From: Tubiluchus corallicola
Lineage: Eukaryota > Animalia > Priapulida
DNA length: 64,000 nt
Direction: 5' to 3'
Assembly (NCBI GenBank): GCA_030141605.1
Contig: JAQGDQ010000419.1
Coordinates: forward strand, 62,001-126,000
Shown here: positions 29,020-42,786 of the stretch, one piece after another
Layout of the letters: every line of letters starts with the position of its first letter
How positions within the stretch are numbered: position 1 is the first letter of the stretch
Program-made: the position numbers and the translations under genes
The notes under the pieces: model-generated
Told to the model about the DNA's origin: nothing
Seen by the model: only the letters and a program-made list of their open reading frames with translations
Database searches by the model: none

Positions 29020-29148
29020 TCTCTTTCTCTCACTCTTTCTTTCTCTCTCCCCCTCTCTCTTTTTCTCTCTCTCTTTCTTTCTTTCTCTCTTTCTCTCCTT
29101 TCTCTCTCTCTCTCTCTCCCTCACTCTCTCTTTCACCCTCTCTCTCTC

Positions 29149-29206
<58 letters not shown>

Positions 29207-29391
29207 TCTCCCTCTCTCCCTCTCTCCCTCTCTCCCTCTCTCCCTCTCTCCCTCTTTCTCCCTTTCTCTCTCTCTCTCTCTCGCTCCCTCTCCGTCTCCC
29301 TCTCTATCTCTCTCCCTCTCTCTCTTCCTATCCCTCCCTCCTCCTCTCTCTCTCTCTCTGTCTCCCCCCTCTCTCTCTCTTACCTTTTCTC

Positions 29392-29485
<94 letters not shown>

Positions 29486-32400
29486 TTTCTCTCTCCTTTT
29501 CTCTATCTCTCTCTCTTTCTCTCTCTCTCTCTCTTTGTCTCTCTCTCTCCCTCCCTCTCTCGTCTCAATTCTGCTCTACTAAATTGTCTGCAGCTATTTT
29601 TTCCCAGCTTGTTACCAAATTTCATTCTTTTACACCTCTCTTGATGCAAAGACACATTTACCTTGATTTACATTAGTACAGTCGTCCGCAGTTTGTTAGC
29701 AGAAAATGTAAAATTTGATGTTTTTATGCAGCTCTGAGTCTGTTAACGTTTAGTTGTTTGTTGTAGCACTTGAAGACAAATACGAGACAAGTCTCATTGA
29801 GATCATGGTGTGCTGCGTGAAGCAGGCCGCTACTGGAGAGCCACCTGTAGGACGAGGACCAAATCGCAAATTTTCTATAAAAGAGCAGAAACAAATATTA
29901 GATGATAAAATCAAGTTAACAGAGCATTTTATACAAACTTTACCACAGCTTTTACAAAAGGTAGAATCTGCTGTATTGTATTTTAAACGTGTTACATAGC
30001 AGTTAAGTGTGGACTTGTTCATTTTTTGTTCTTGTTTATTTTGATACATGTACAAAAATGCCTTGAAGACTGTCTCATTATGCAGTGGGTCACTGCGACA
30101 TTTTACAGAATAATAGTTGAATATATTCCGCATTGGTTGGTTAATATTCTGCCTCTTCACTGTAACATTATATTCAAACTCGCAAAAAAATTTTGATGAT
30201 ATGGCATTTATGAAGTCAAATATTTTCTCACATCAAGCTAAAATGTAGACAAATTTTTGTTATGCTCTAGTTCATCCTAATTGTGGCAGTTTTCTAAACA
30301 TGAATTTACTGGTACGTACAGGCTGCTCGTGAAATACCTTCCCACTTTTGTTCTGCTCATGCCAATATTACTCATGAATTTACTGGTACGTACAGGCTGC
30401 TCGTAAAATACCTTCCCACTTTTACATTCTCACTTCTAGCCAGATTAGATAAACTGAATAATTTCAGTTTCATCTCTCATATGCTTTTCTGATGGTCACA
30501 TGTGTTTGCTTACATGCGAACTTGACTAAGTTCTTGTGCAGTTTCCCTACCTCTATGTGTCTCATCACAGAGCCGTTGTCCTTCGTAATGAGATATTAAT
30601 GATAGGTAATAAGGTAATAAGATTGGTAATATGGTCTCACATTAACTAAGTACTTGCCGTTTAGTACTAGATTTCTTTTCCAAAAAAAACTGAAAATATA
30701 TGCAGGTGAAAACAATTTCAATCATAAAAACACTATTATCTGCTCATTTCTCTTACAATTTACTTAAGTTTAAATTCAATTTTCTCTGCAATTTCTATGT
30801 TAGCAATTATTTTAGCACTACAATTTTTAAAACAATATTAACTTCAGTTTCTATAGCAAGTTTAGTTGTAATTGATAGGTCGGTAGAGGGTAAATTTGCC
30901 ACGAAAAATGTCTCAAGATGGAATTAGGTTTTGTGTAGAATGTTCTCGAAGGCAAAGTTTTAAAAGTAAACGTTTGTAGCAAATGTATGTTCTATTTTGC
31001 AGTATATCACAGATGCAGATAAAGTATCAAATCTCATGCTCATTCCTCAGTATTTTGAACTGGAAATCTACTTGTCGAGTCGGCAGGATAAGGTGAGTGG
31101 GTTACATTATGCTTCCGCCTATCTGCTTGCCAACCGATTCCCCCCCCCATCTGCTTGCCAACCGACCCCCCCCCCCATCTGCTTGCCAACCGAGATTTTT
31201 CTCTTTAGTTGCTAGAATATGCAGATTTGAAGCAGCTGATGCAGGATGGGATTGTTCCTCTTGATCGCTCTTCTCACACGATTTTCCCCTTCTTCTCCGA
31301 TGGATCTGCTGCTTGAAAGAACCCTTTTGTTTTTACCCATTGTTTGTACTTCATGCGACTGCAAACAATGCCTTAGCCGATTCCATTCTTTATTTAAATA
31401 GCCTGCTGCGCCATTAAAAATTTTAATGATTTGATAGTCAACTTTTCCGTAACTGCTCACTGAAGTTATGAAAATAAAAACATAAAGTAAATTCCGAACA
31501 AGCGAACAATTCTCTTTATAACAAATTAAATTTTACCCAAAATTTAATTTGTTATAAAAATTATCTCATTGCTTTTGTGCCAAATGACATCAATAAATAG
31601 ACGCGCCACAAAAAAGTACATTTTTTATTAAATTTTAGCATTTTTAATGCGGCCCTTCCAGTGTTTTAAATTTTACGCCAAATGTACAGTAAATAAAATA
31701 ACATAAAGTGCAGCCATCTAGTGCAAGAAATGGAGATTCTAGAATGACAGATTTCACAAATACAGTCGCAATAAGAACATGCGGCGTTGCTCAGGTTGTT
31801 GCTAGATGCGAAATCACGTGACTTTACTGCATTCTTCCTGCCATCTAGCGAACCTTTAATAAATGAAGTGCGCAATGCTGTGTACCGATTTGCAGTTGAT
31901 GTGGAAAGAAAATCATTTCAAGATAATTTTTAGAATATTTGATAAAGCTCTTAGCATTTATGATGACAGCTGCGTTAAACCAAGTTGTTTTTTCTTCTGT
32001 GTTTCCCACAATGCAACTCGCGCGTCGAAATCAAGAATTCTCCGTGCACTTTTTCAGAATCTGGAGTTATTATTACGGCTCATACACGAGATCGTATTGA
32101 GGCACACAAGTACTGAAGTGTTAGAAGCCTGCGCTAAGACGTACGAGATGTTGTGCAGCGAGGAACTTGCGATACGGGGAAAGTGTGACGTTCAACGAGC
32201 CACTTTGTTGGACACGTTAATGGAAAAGTTTAGAGAGGCCTATCAAAGCTTTGTTGAGGAGGTAACATTTCTAAGTTTTGTTAGCAGAATAAATATTTGA
32301 ATATTTTTCGTTTTATTACAAATTTATTTGCTGACTTCGTCATGAAGTCTTAATTAATCTTTGCGAAGTCGTCATTAATCTGTGAAGTTCAGCAATTGAC

Positions 32401-35400
32401 TTTTACAAGCATTGCGGGATAATTATGACTATATTGTATTTCAATATTTTATAATAAACATTCAAATGTATATCGTCATGTTTCGTTCTGTGTTTTCTAC
32501 GCCATTCGCTTTTGCTTGTTTCTTGCTTTCCTAACAAAACTGTGACCATGCCGTGTTTGTTAATTCCAGGGTGAAGAAGTAGACGATGATGAAGAATATG
32601 CGCTAGCGGCAAGCTTGAAACGTATTGTCGCATTTGCTAACTGCCACGATATGACCGGCTGTGGATTGTGGGATGCTCTGCTTGCTCTGGTTAAAGCTGC
32701 AACTGAGGACAAAAACATCCCAGACAATGTGAGTTTTGAACCGAAAACCTCTCATTTTTTGATTTTGGAGTTATGTCAAAGAGCTTTCTTGGAAGTACAC
32801 AACTCTGTTTTTTATCTTCTTTATTCAGATGTTCTGAATGTGAATTTTTTGCACAAAACCAAAGAGTAGTGCATTGTTAAAATTAGTGTTTACGTGTTTA
32901 ACAAAAATCAAACTCGGGTACTCCATTCTTTATACCTGTCCAGACAACTCCTGTACCCTATTCTTTATAGCAGTCGGGACCCGGGTACCCGATTATAAAG
33001 ATTCAGCGGCAGTGAAGAAGTTGTAATCATTTATATTCACAATAAAACAACCACTGGTCTATTTTGACTAACTGCACTGTTATATTAACGACAAGCATTC
33101 ATTTATTACATCCCGAAAGCCTTAACACACGAGCTGCAAGTCGCGAAAGTTAGTGTTTTCCCCACACAAGGAATTTAACTGTGTTTTATCACGTGGTTTT
33201 ATCTGCCAGACCTTAATTACTTCATTGCGTGCTTTGTCGACGAGTTAGCTAGGTCAGCTTAGGTAGTACCGCACTGAACGCTATTAATACAGCGTAGGGA
33301 TTAGGGGAATAAAATAATCTATATCATCTTTGTTATGAGCTATTTAATTTAACAATCCGTTTATTCGTGTCTCTGTTAATGGCCTGAACTAGCTTGTTAA
33401 AGGTTAATTAACATTTTTCATTTGGAAAATTAACCACTTGGTAAAGATAGTTTGTTTTTTGTAAGTCCACCCCTACAGCAAAAGTGACTTGATCTGCCGT
33501 CTTTCTACTGGCTGTTGGCCTGGCACACTGCCAAAGCAGCAGTTTAATAGTTTACTAGCAGGTACCTACTGTAAAAGTGCACAGCAGAAGGTGGCATTTA
33601 AATTTCAATTCTCTAACAATGGATATCATGTTACAAATAATGTCTGCATTTTCATTGTTCTAACCCAGTAGAAATTTAGGCTCGGTAATAAATAATACGG
33701 GTGATTACTCACCCGATGGAAAGACTAGTTAAAATAACAGTTATAAGGAAAATGATTCTTGCTGCATGATTATTTTTTGCACTATATCGACTCTTTATTT
33801 TTTTCTAAAAAATTGTTTAAAATTATTATTTTGAACTTTGCCTTATTGCATAATATGTACAAAGACTTTATTTTCAGATATTATGCAAGTCAATCAATTG
33901 TTATGCTTTGCTGTTGGACTGGGAACTACAAAATCTTGATGATAATAATCCAGATAAGGTAACTGTTTATTCACAGTCTTAAATCTGGTAACAGTAAGGT
34001 GAATAAGGTAAATAAATACCAAATCTGGTAAATAAGGTAACAGTAAATAAATCTGTTATTAATATTAGCAATGTAGGTAAGTACTTTGTTACTTACAAAC
34101 ATTTATGTAAAAGTTAGTGTTCACCTGTTATATTTGTAAGCGTTTAATCATTTTATAGCAATTATTTATATATTTTTGTATGTGTGTAGGTGGTACAGTA
34201 GTATTATTACCTGTAGCCAATTTACAAACACATTAAACTGCTGATTGCATTAATTTGAACTCGTTGTTTTTTTTCAGAATTTAATGAAACAACTGAAGAA
34301 AAATCTGCACGAGTTCATGAGTCTTTGTCGCTCTCTGATGCTGTCGGCAAATGATGCTGTGGAGGAAGAGGTAACTATGGCAACATCAGTCGCATGGCTA
34401 GTGTCAATGTTTTTGCTGGCGAGGTTGTCACACTGTTATTAGAAAGTTCTACAGAGTGTTAATGAAAGATCTATTAATGCAGTATGGTTGGTCCATGGGC
34501 ATCCGCGGGGGGTGGCAAACAGGTCACTTGCCGCACCCTGGATCAGGTCTTCTAATGTAGGGCAAGGTTGGAACCTTATAATTAATTCCCTAAGGAGTGT
34601 CGGGACTCGGAAATTTCTGTTCTCTGCCTCACTCAGTAGTATGGTAAATTACTTGGTATAAGCTATTACCACTCTGGCTTAAGACGCCAAGCCTGGGGGT
34701 CATGCAGTCACTACGAACAGTGACAGCTTAGGACGAATCACAACCTCTGATACAAAAGAAAGCAGTAACGTCTTCAACGGCGACAAAACGATGCCGTCTC
34801 GGGTCATATCAATTCATGTTTATCAATTCGCTTTTATCCGAAAGGTTTTTTCTCCCTCTTTCTGAATCGGAATTTTTATGATTTTTGCTCACAAGAACTT
34901 ACGAGAACTCAAATCCTCTCCTCTCTTAACCCAGGAAAAACCGTGGAGCACTCTGCTCATGAATATTACTTTCACCATTAATTATATAATGAAGTTCTTT
35001 TCATTTAAACCCCTGAATCAGTTTGATGTCACACAATCTTTTTTTATGGATAATTTTAAGCATCAAATGTGATAGCAGGAGTATATCCTTTTGCCCCCCG
35101 CCCTCCTCAAGTTGCAGTGGACCCCCCTTTGGTTGGTCGGAATCATTACTATATTAATGAGCAATGAGTAGCATCTCCAATTTCTAGTCCCCATCCGATT
35201 CCAAGACAAACACACTACTGTTTTGTTTATTGATGTTTTACAATAACAAACGATGTGAAGTCATTATATTTGAAAATTGCATTATGATTAATAGTCTGTA
35301 AAGCACACATTTCAATGTGTCACATCTATATGCCGACGCTGTAAAAGAAAAACAAATGCCATGGCTCAGAAGATACATTGTTATGATCTACTCGTAAAAC

Positions 35401-38400
35401 CTAGCTATAGTATTCCTCTTAAATCAATATTGCTTAAAAACACCAAGTGTTAATGCAACATTTTTTGTATAATACTGCCCTATTAGTATGAAAAAAGTAA
35501 ATGCAATATGGCTGAATCGTCACCAATAGAAACAAAGTGCAGCATAACCCTAGACTAACCACAAACACTTGAACTTCTTAAGCAATGTGGTTATATTTTG
35601 TAGACCAAGATAAGGTTTTAATGCAGCGTACCAAATTGTAGTTATTTTTCACTTACTGTAGGTAATGTCGTTTTTTACAGTTGAGGTTTCTTTTAATGTT
35701 TTTTTCTCCCTATGATTTCAGGCGTTTTTGACGATATGTGACTTATTGATCGTCTTCAGTAAACATTTGGCTTCCAATGCAGTGATGCAGCAACTCATCT
35801 ATGAACCGGACAAAAATTTACAAGGTCAACTGAGTGGCTTCATTGATGAGAAAGTCTTCATTGAGGATGACGATGGTAAGATGCTGTCATGCTAACCCGA
35901 TAGTGGTAGATTGGTGTCTGTGAGCCTTAAAGGGTAACCTTCAATGTTTACAACTGAGTTTCAATGAGCTCTTCAGCCTGCTCAAAGTATTCTTTATTTA
36001 ACTATGATTTTTTTTACCTAGCACCATTACCTATTCCTTTTACTACCATTTGCTTAACAACGCGTCTTGTCGGAATTTATTAGCATCGTTAAGCGAAGAC
36101 TTGACTGTATCTTTTGTTTAGTAAATCTGTAATTTGTTTTCTTCTTTACATGAAATTTTTATTCTCAAATGAAAGAGTATTGCGTAATGAACATCCCGTC
36201 TTTTTGTTCAGATGACCAAGATGAGCACCAGAAGATAGAGGAGCTCCACAAACGTAGAAATTTTCTCGCCTCGTTTTGCAAGCTGGTCGTTTATAATATT
36301 GTGAGCATACGAAATGCTGCCGACATTTTCAAGCATTACACCAGGGTAAGGTGCAAACATGTTCTTTATTCTTGTATCATTCTTTTCATAGAGTTACTAG
36401 TTTTTGAAGGTCTGTCAGAATGTTTTTTGGTATCGTTACTAAAGATGCTAAATACTCTCTGGAAGAGCGTCAAAAACTAGCAATTGAAGGAAAAGCCGAA
36501 AAGGCTTTAAGGATTCCAGTCGTTAAATGATAGCTACAGCCACACACTCGTAATTAACTTACATTAGGTTGTAGTCTAGTGTTGCCTGCATTTAGTCCAA
36601 GTTTTTTAATTAATGTCAAATTTTTAAATTTCAGTTTTACAACGATTACGGTGACATCATAAAAACAGCGCTGAGCAAATCGAGAGAAATTAATAAAGTT
36701 ACCTGTGCGCGAACGTTAGCCGTAAGCTTGACCTCTGTGTTCAGAGAGCTACAGATGGAGCAAGGTGGCAGAATTAACAGAGGCAGTGAGGGATTCAGCC
36801 ATATTAAGGTAATCATTGTTCATTTAGATCAGTGATGTTACTTCAGGTAGAAAAATTGATCTCCTTTTGGCTGAAGTTTACAATTCCCCATGCGGAAGAA
36901 ATTAGTTTGTGAAGCAGATTAAGATTAGCGGTGGGGTTTGGATTAGGATTAGGGTTGATGTTATGGCTAGGTTTAGGGTTAGGGTATTGAAACCGCTGAC
37001 ACATGCTGCCTAACCACTGAACACGCTGACATTCAAGCTACACACACACACACACACACACACGCACGTGTCATTGCACCAAGTGTATACAAAGTGACGG
37101 CCCGCCAACTAGCTGGCAGCTCACGAAATAACGCACTCTGTCAGTGGTATGTGGATATTTTAACGAACCAGATTTCGTCCGAATTTCCAATATCCGTAAA
37201 AGCAAAGTACGGCTAACCGAGATATTAGCGTAATTCAGTAGTTTGGTAAGTATTAGATAAGAGAAGAGGAAATTAGGAATAAATGATAAAAGATTTTCTA
37301 ATTTGTCAGGATTAGAACTATGAGATGAAGCTGGGAGATAAATGATCTGTATGTTGCTTGAATTTTTGGTTTAGTTGCAAGGTTTCATCTGACCAGTTTT
37401 TCTACTGTATTACATCTTGTCTCTGTTACTACATTGAGAAACCTAGAGTGAAAATTGAAACCACTTTTGTGCTGAAAAATCCTTCTGTCTCTGTGGTAGA
37501 TGACATTCTGTCTAGTAGAAAGAAAGATAAAATATTTGCAACAGGCAACTTATCAAAATGTTTTTTTTTGTAGGAACTCGGACGACGTTTCTCAATGTCG
37601 TTCGGTTTGGATTTGATCAAAAACCGTGAAGCGATCGCCGCGCTGCATCGGGAGGGAATAATGTTTGCTCTGAATCCGCTAGAGAATCCGGACGATCCGC
37701 GTGGACCTCCTCCTAACATTGCCTTCCTCGAGTTACTGTGTGAATTCTCAAATAAACTCATGAAACTGGATAAGAAGACTGTGTAAGTTGCAGTGTTACT
37801 TTGTATAAGGTTATTAGTTAAGTTACAAGTGGTTAATTAACAATGTTTTTGTTAAAGCAAAACCAGACCCAATTTTAAACTGTAAGTCAAAACTTATTCT
37901 ATCAAATATTGAAAGGAAACATACTATTTTTTTAAAGAATGACTTATGTGAAAGAATTATTACCACACAAACACAATTTCGCATTCGCGCCACTAGTTTT
38001 TCGCTATTATATGCATTTTGCCATTCGCTGGTTAGTCAGCCAGTAACACCTGCATTTCAGAAAGCGTATCACAAAACAACAGGTGCTGTACCTCTCAATT
38101 CAGATGTGTTAGTTTGCGACGAACTGCACACGTTCGGCAGCTTATGTGTGAACGCAGTAGTAAATTTGAAATTTGAGTTTTTATCTTAAAACTTGCAGAA
38201 TTTTAGTACAACACGCTGTACTTCAATTTTCGCTTTTGGAAACGTGCAACACACTTGTGGAATATTTTTGGTGTTGAAGAGTTTGTTAATTTGTGATGTC
38301 ATCACTAGTTGGGTTCGCATGCCATTAATTAAGATTTTAATCCTTTATTTAATTATCAAAAACGCTTTGCAGTATTATCGGTGTTAAAATGTATACTTTT

Positions 38401-41400
38401 TACTGCACTTGAAAATAAGTAGTATATGAAAAATTATCCTGCCTTCCTTTAAGCAGAGAGCAGTTTTTGGTCGAGAGTTCTTGTTTCATTGTTAGCCATT
38501 GTGTATGAGTGAAAACAATTAAATGTTTGTTGCACATTGAATACGAAATGTGGATTTTGATGGAAAATAGGGCTGAGATGGTTAGGCTTATTAACTAACC
38601 TTTTAAATGTTATTAATTGTGGTCGGTTAACCATTTAACCTTTCCCGATGACGTCATACGTATAAGAAAATGTCCAATGCACATGACTTGCATGATTAAG
38701 CGGTGCGGTTCAAATCTAGCGTGCGCCAACGAGAATGTCCGGCATGGCAGCATCCTCGTAACATACACAAGTAAAAAACTTTTTACAATTTACCGTTTAG
38801 ATGCTTCTTAGGCAATCAGATAAAGTGAAACAATGTTGTAAATAGTACAATTTTATGTAAGCGAGACATTGTTAACTACATATGCCAACACTCATAATAG
38901 ATACAAGGTTTCATTAATACGGATACATAGAAAACTTGGCTAGGGTTAAATGATGAATGGTTTTCTAAATGGTTACATCAGTTAGTGGTCGGTTAAATGG
39001 TTAACCTTCTCAGCCTTAAAAATGTTGAATGTATGTCTAGTTACGTGAAAAGTCTTCAGTATTTGAAATCAGTTGGTAATCGTGCTTATCATGGTTAGAA
39101 AATTTTTGGCTAGTAAGTGCACTAGTGAGATGCCATCTAAAGTGGCGTCTGTATAACTTGCAGATGCGTTTAATGCAGAACAGCTTGCGGCTGCGGCTGC
39201 GTTTTAACTGCAGAACACCTTGCGGAAAAAGTCAATAGGAAATAGCTGTAGAAAAAGAATTTCTATTATTATTATTTATTATTTATTAGGCACAAGAAAT
39301 AAATATATACATTTTATACATAAGTAAATGTAAACAGTAAAGTTATATAGTCATGATCAATATGAAAGTTGTGCCTCTACCTCTGTGTAACATGGATGAC
39401 AGCAAGGAAAAACTAAATACCAGGGATGAGAATTTTCCCCAGATACGCGGAATTCCGAGGTTTTGGAAGACCAGTAGTGCATTTTTTGTAATTGCATAAA
39501 TTCGTTGAGAAAATTTTTACGGACCCTGTACATTATTTCATTAGAGGCGTTTTTCAGACAATTAGGTTATAATGTATCCTTGATAGTTGGGTATTTTAAA
39601 TTATGCATGAAATAGGGTAATTGATACTTTGAGTCCATTTTGAGGCCCTCTATGGTCACAAAATTGTAATTTCAACCCCATTGGGGGCCTAGGTAGCCTC
39701 AAAATCCCCGGCCAGTTTTGCAATTTGTCATTCTCATCCCTGCTAAATACTGCCTGTCACCCATAAAATTACTCGTGCAGGTTGGATAAACGGGTGCATT
39801 GAAAGCAATATAAACCGATTTTATCTATTCTGCACCCCCCAAAATGTATCTGTATCCGCGTGCTACATAATCGTTACTTTAACTGGTTTGCTTTACGATG
39901 AATTGAACTTTGTCAGGTTATTTGATGTAAAATTGGCTTCAGGATGTCATTTTCTCATTGATTTCTGACTACTGATGGCATCAGAAATTTGCATTTTCTG
40001 TAAGGATTTTTAAGTCAAACTGAGTTTGTTTGTAGTGAAGTATTTTCAAATATATGGAATTTTTGTACTTCATAACTTATTAAGTAAGCCCACAAAATAA
40101 CAAGATGACATTGTTAAACGGTTCGAACGAATTTCAATATTTTAGTTTTTGAAAAGTTCCATTTGTAAAAATAGTTTGTCAGACAATCTGTGTATGAGCA
40201 GTGGCTCACTCTTCATGCTCTTCTTATTCAGTATAGAAAATGTGATGTATGCAGGGTTGAGAATTTTCCGCGGATACCCTGAATTCTGAGTTTTTGGAAG
40301 ACCAGTAGTGCCATTTTTGTAAATTGCGTAAATTCGTTGAAAAAATTTTTACAGACCCAGTACATTATTTCACAAGCTGACCGCTAGTTGGCAGGCCGTC
40401 ACTTTGTTTACATCACGTACATCAGTGTAACCACGTGTATATCTCTATGTATAAAAATATAGAATCAATTATGCGGAGTTATTTGAGTCAATTGCAGACA
40501 GTTTTTATATACTTTTGCATAGGAGCAGCCAGTACTTAGGCGTTTTTGAGACAATTAGGTATGATGTATCCTTGATAGTTGAGTATTTTAAATTATGCAT
40601 GAAACAAGGTAATTGATATTTTAAGTCCACTTAGAGGCTCTCTATGGTCACAAAATTGCAGTTTGTTGCTGGCTCCCCTTGAACCCCATTGGGGGTCTAG
40701 GCGGCCCCCAAACCACTGGCCTGTTTCAGAGTTTTTTGCAATTTGTCATTCTCATCCCTGTGTATGTCGGTCGATATGTACAGATTTTTAAGATTTAATA
40801 TCACATAATGTGTTTTTATCTTTTCTAGCTTTTGTTGTGTTTATTTTTCTATAGTTTCATCTTTTTCTAATACTTTTAGACTAGCGTACTTGGAGAAGCA
40901 CATGTCAAAAGCCCCTCATTTAATACGAGGTGAGGAGTGGTCGCCGTACGTCACCTACAAGAATAGTTTGCTGCACCACGGTGCACATTCGGAGTTTGAA
41001 CCTACCGTCCAAAAACACAAGGAACCAAAGGAGCACAAGCCCCGCGGTCGTAAAGCCGGCAAGCGGAAGGCACCAGAACGTATGCAATATCTCACTCATC
41101 TTATTATTGTTTTAAATGAATTGAACTGGCAATTAGGAATGCACCGATTATTCAGATTACAGAATTTTTTCCCCAAATGTCAGTTTAAAATCCAGTCCAG
41201 TGAATAAACCAAAGATTTGGTGAACCTTCAGCATACCTCAGTTACTTTTTTAATAACCGTCACATCGGTACAGTGAAAATTATGTTGAACAAATCGAATA
41301 TTTCCCTCTAAAAAGCTGATAACAAACACCAAAGATGGCACAACAACCGACATTTTGCCTTGTGTTTCTGTGTGATAACTCAAAGAATATGATGCACCAG

Positions 41401-42054
41401 TTGTACCCAAGCTGTGTCAATGCACAATAGCATGGCGGTGCTGTTGTATTCTCTTATACACGATGAAATAGATCAATGAGAACTTTAGCCAGTAAACAAT
41501 TATACTACTTTATTGCAGTTTTGCTGAAATACAAAGTAGTTTGAACAGCTACTGAAAGAATTAGAGCTGATTTTAAAATACATAATACTCTACTTGTGTG
41601 ATTTAGAAAAGTTTACTTTTTAATTTGTTGCTAATTCGTTTATGTAAATTAATATTTTAAAATATTTTTTAATTTTCACTACACAAAGGAATTTAGGCAT
41701 TACTTCATTTCTAAAATTCATTAAAAACCTTTGCAGTGCATACTAAGCTGATGCCTCATACTTCTGTACCAGTAATACTACACCCATCGTTTAATAGGTT
41801 CAGTCGGTTATTGGGTCAAAACACTTTGGTCCCAAAGTGAGTCTATTAATCGGCACCTACTGTATTTGTAGTAAATATTTCCTTATGTAATGAAAGTGAC
41901 TTCTTTTTCAGCAGTTCCAGAACACGGTCAGGGAGAAGCCGCAGAAGCACTGGCTTCGCCTCCCCCCGTGCACAGCAGGTCAAAACGCCAACGTGCAGCA
42001 ACGGCTCACATGTATGCAGAACCGGAGGACGATGATGACCAGGATTATGAATGA
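20725..42054 (+). CDS. STAG1: Cohesin subunit SA (stromalin; STAG1/STAG2/Scc3 family), complete, about 1145 aa
   Basis: Exons: 20725-20840, 22067-22310, 23159-23332, 23892-24096, 24502-24653, 24764-24837, 25019-25142, 25287-25385, 26554-26633, 27393-27612, 28304-28418, 29767-29960, 31003-31092, 32058-32261, 32570-32728, 33878-33958, 34278-34370, 35722-35875, 36212-36345, 36635-36808, 37574-37782, 40880-41079, 41912-42054 (3438 nt, GT-AG, phases consistent). Hallmark motifs: [109 protein letters not shown]. The first exon is the least certain; STAG1 versus STAG2 orthology cannot be resolved. Confidence 0.93.
20965..21740. mobile_element. Degenerate MITE with ACTCCG repeats containing a nested pogo/Tigger-like end
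   Basis: Clusters of (g)actcc(g) at 20980-21120 and 21600-21740; ...cttatacacgggaaaatacggta pogo-like terminus ending near 21497. Confidence 0.4.
22940..23035 (-). mobile_element. tRNA-derived SINE fragment
   Basis: ttttaagtctttggtatgactcagccaggaattgaacccgtgacttccc...ctaccaatgagcta, which is a B-box-like ggttcaattcc on the minus strand; a related copy lies at 26345-26440. Confidence 0.55.
25673..26183. mobile_element. Tc1/mariner-pogo (Tigger-like) MITE
   Basis: TA|cagtcatacctc...gaggtactattg|TA: imperfect TIRs with TA flanks on both sides. Confidence 0.7.
26345..26440 (-). mobile_element. tRNA-derived SINE fragment (second copy)
   Basis: ttttaagtctttggtatgacccagccttagtatcgaactc...acttccc...ttaccaactaga, homologous to 22940-23035. 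Confidence 0.5.
28646..29566 (+). mobile_element. Interspersed repeat: about 300-bp unique head plus long interrupted (CT)n tail (copy 1)
   Basis: The head and the diagnostic tail interruption tgtctcccccctctctctctcttaccttttctctacccc are shared with the inverted copy at 42138-42786. Confidence 0.85.
30299..30423. repeat. About 50-bp direct duplication with about 74-bp spacing
   Basis: catgaatttactggtacgtacaggctgctcgt.aaataccttcccactttt occurs twice. Confidence 0.85.
31121..31194. repeat. Three-copy about 28-bp tandem repeat just after a STAG donor
   Basis: atctgcttgccaaccga occurs three times, separated by poly-C; begins about 29 nt after exon end 31092. Confidence 0.85.
31515..31558. repeat. 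Perfect 20-bp inverted repeat with 4-nt loop
   Basis: tttataacaaattaaatttt-accc-aaaatttaatttgttataaa. Confidence 0.85.
32884..33727. mobile_element. hAT-like MITE with perfect 8-bp TSD
   Basis: TSD gttaaaat at 32876-32883 and 33728-33735; termini tagtgttt...aaagacta; subterminal cgggt/acccg motifs. Confidence 0.7.
34494..35130. mobile_element. hAT-like MITE with perfect 8-bp TSD
   Basis: TSD ggttggtc at 34486-34493 and 35131-35138; degenerate TIRs catgggcatccgc...gtggacccccc. Confidence 0.7.
38568..39018. mobile_element. hAT-like MITE
   Basis: TIR tagggctgaga...tctcagcctta, with ggttaa/ttaacc subterminal repeats; TSD not evident. Confidence 0.6.
39421..39742. mobile_element. hAT-like MITE (internally deleted family member) inserted into a probable LINE 3' remnant
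   Basis: Perfect 13-bp TIR cagggatgagaat...attctcatccctg, perfect 8-bp TSD ctaaatac. It splits a gatgacagc...cctgtcacc stem that lies next to an (att)n tract. Confidence 0.9.
40252..40760. mobile_element. hAT-like MITE (long family member)
   Basis: TIR cagggttgagaat...attctcatccctg, flanked by the 6-bp direct repeat tgtatg; homologous to 2317-2803 and 39421-39742. Confidence 0.88.
41134..41859. mobile_element. Possible degenerate TAGGGATGCACCGA-type MITE
   Basis: taggaatgcaccgatta...taatcggcaccta; the right terminus is eroded. Confidence 0.35.
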
Positions 42055-42135
42055 ATGGAACTGCAAGCTCTTCTCTTGGTGATGTGTAAGTATTGATATT
42101 AGATTTGCTACACGATTACAGAAAATTTATTGTAT

Positions 42136-42786
<651 letters not shown>

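Noticed and set aside
28863-29582. 239-aa Ser/Leu ORF, and matching SL/ER ORFs at 42108-42597
   Set aside because: Translations of (CT)n/(GA)n microsatellite within an interspersed repeat.
36925-36985. TTAGGG-like motifs as telomeric sequence
   Set aside because: Only a few degenerate units inside an intron beside repeat-derived sequence.
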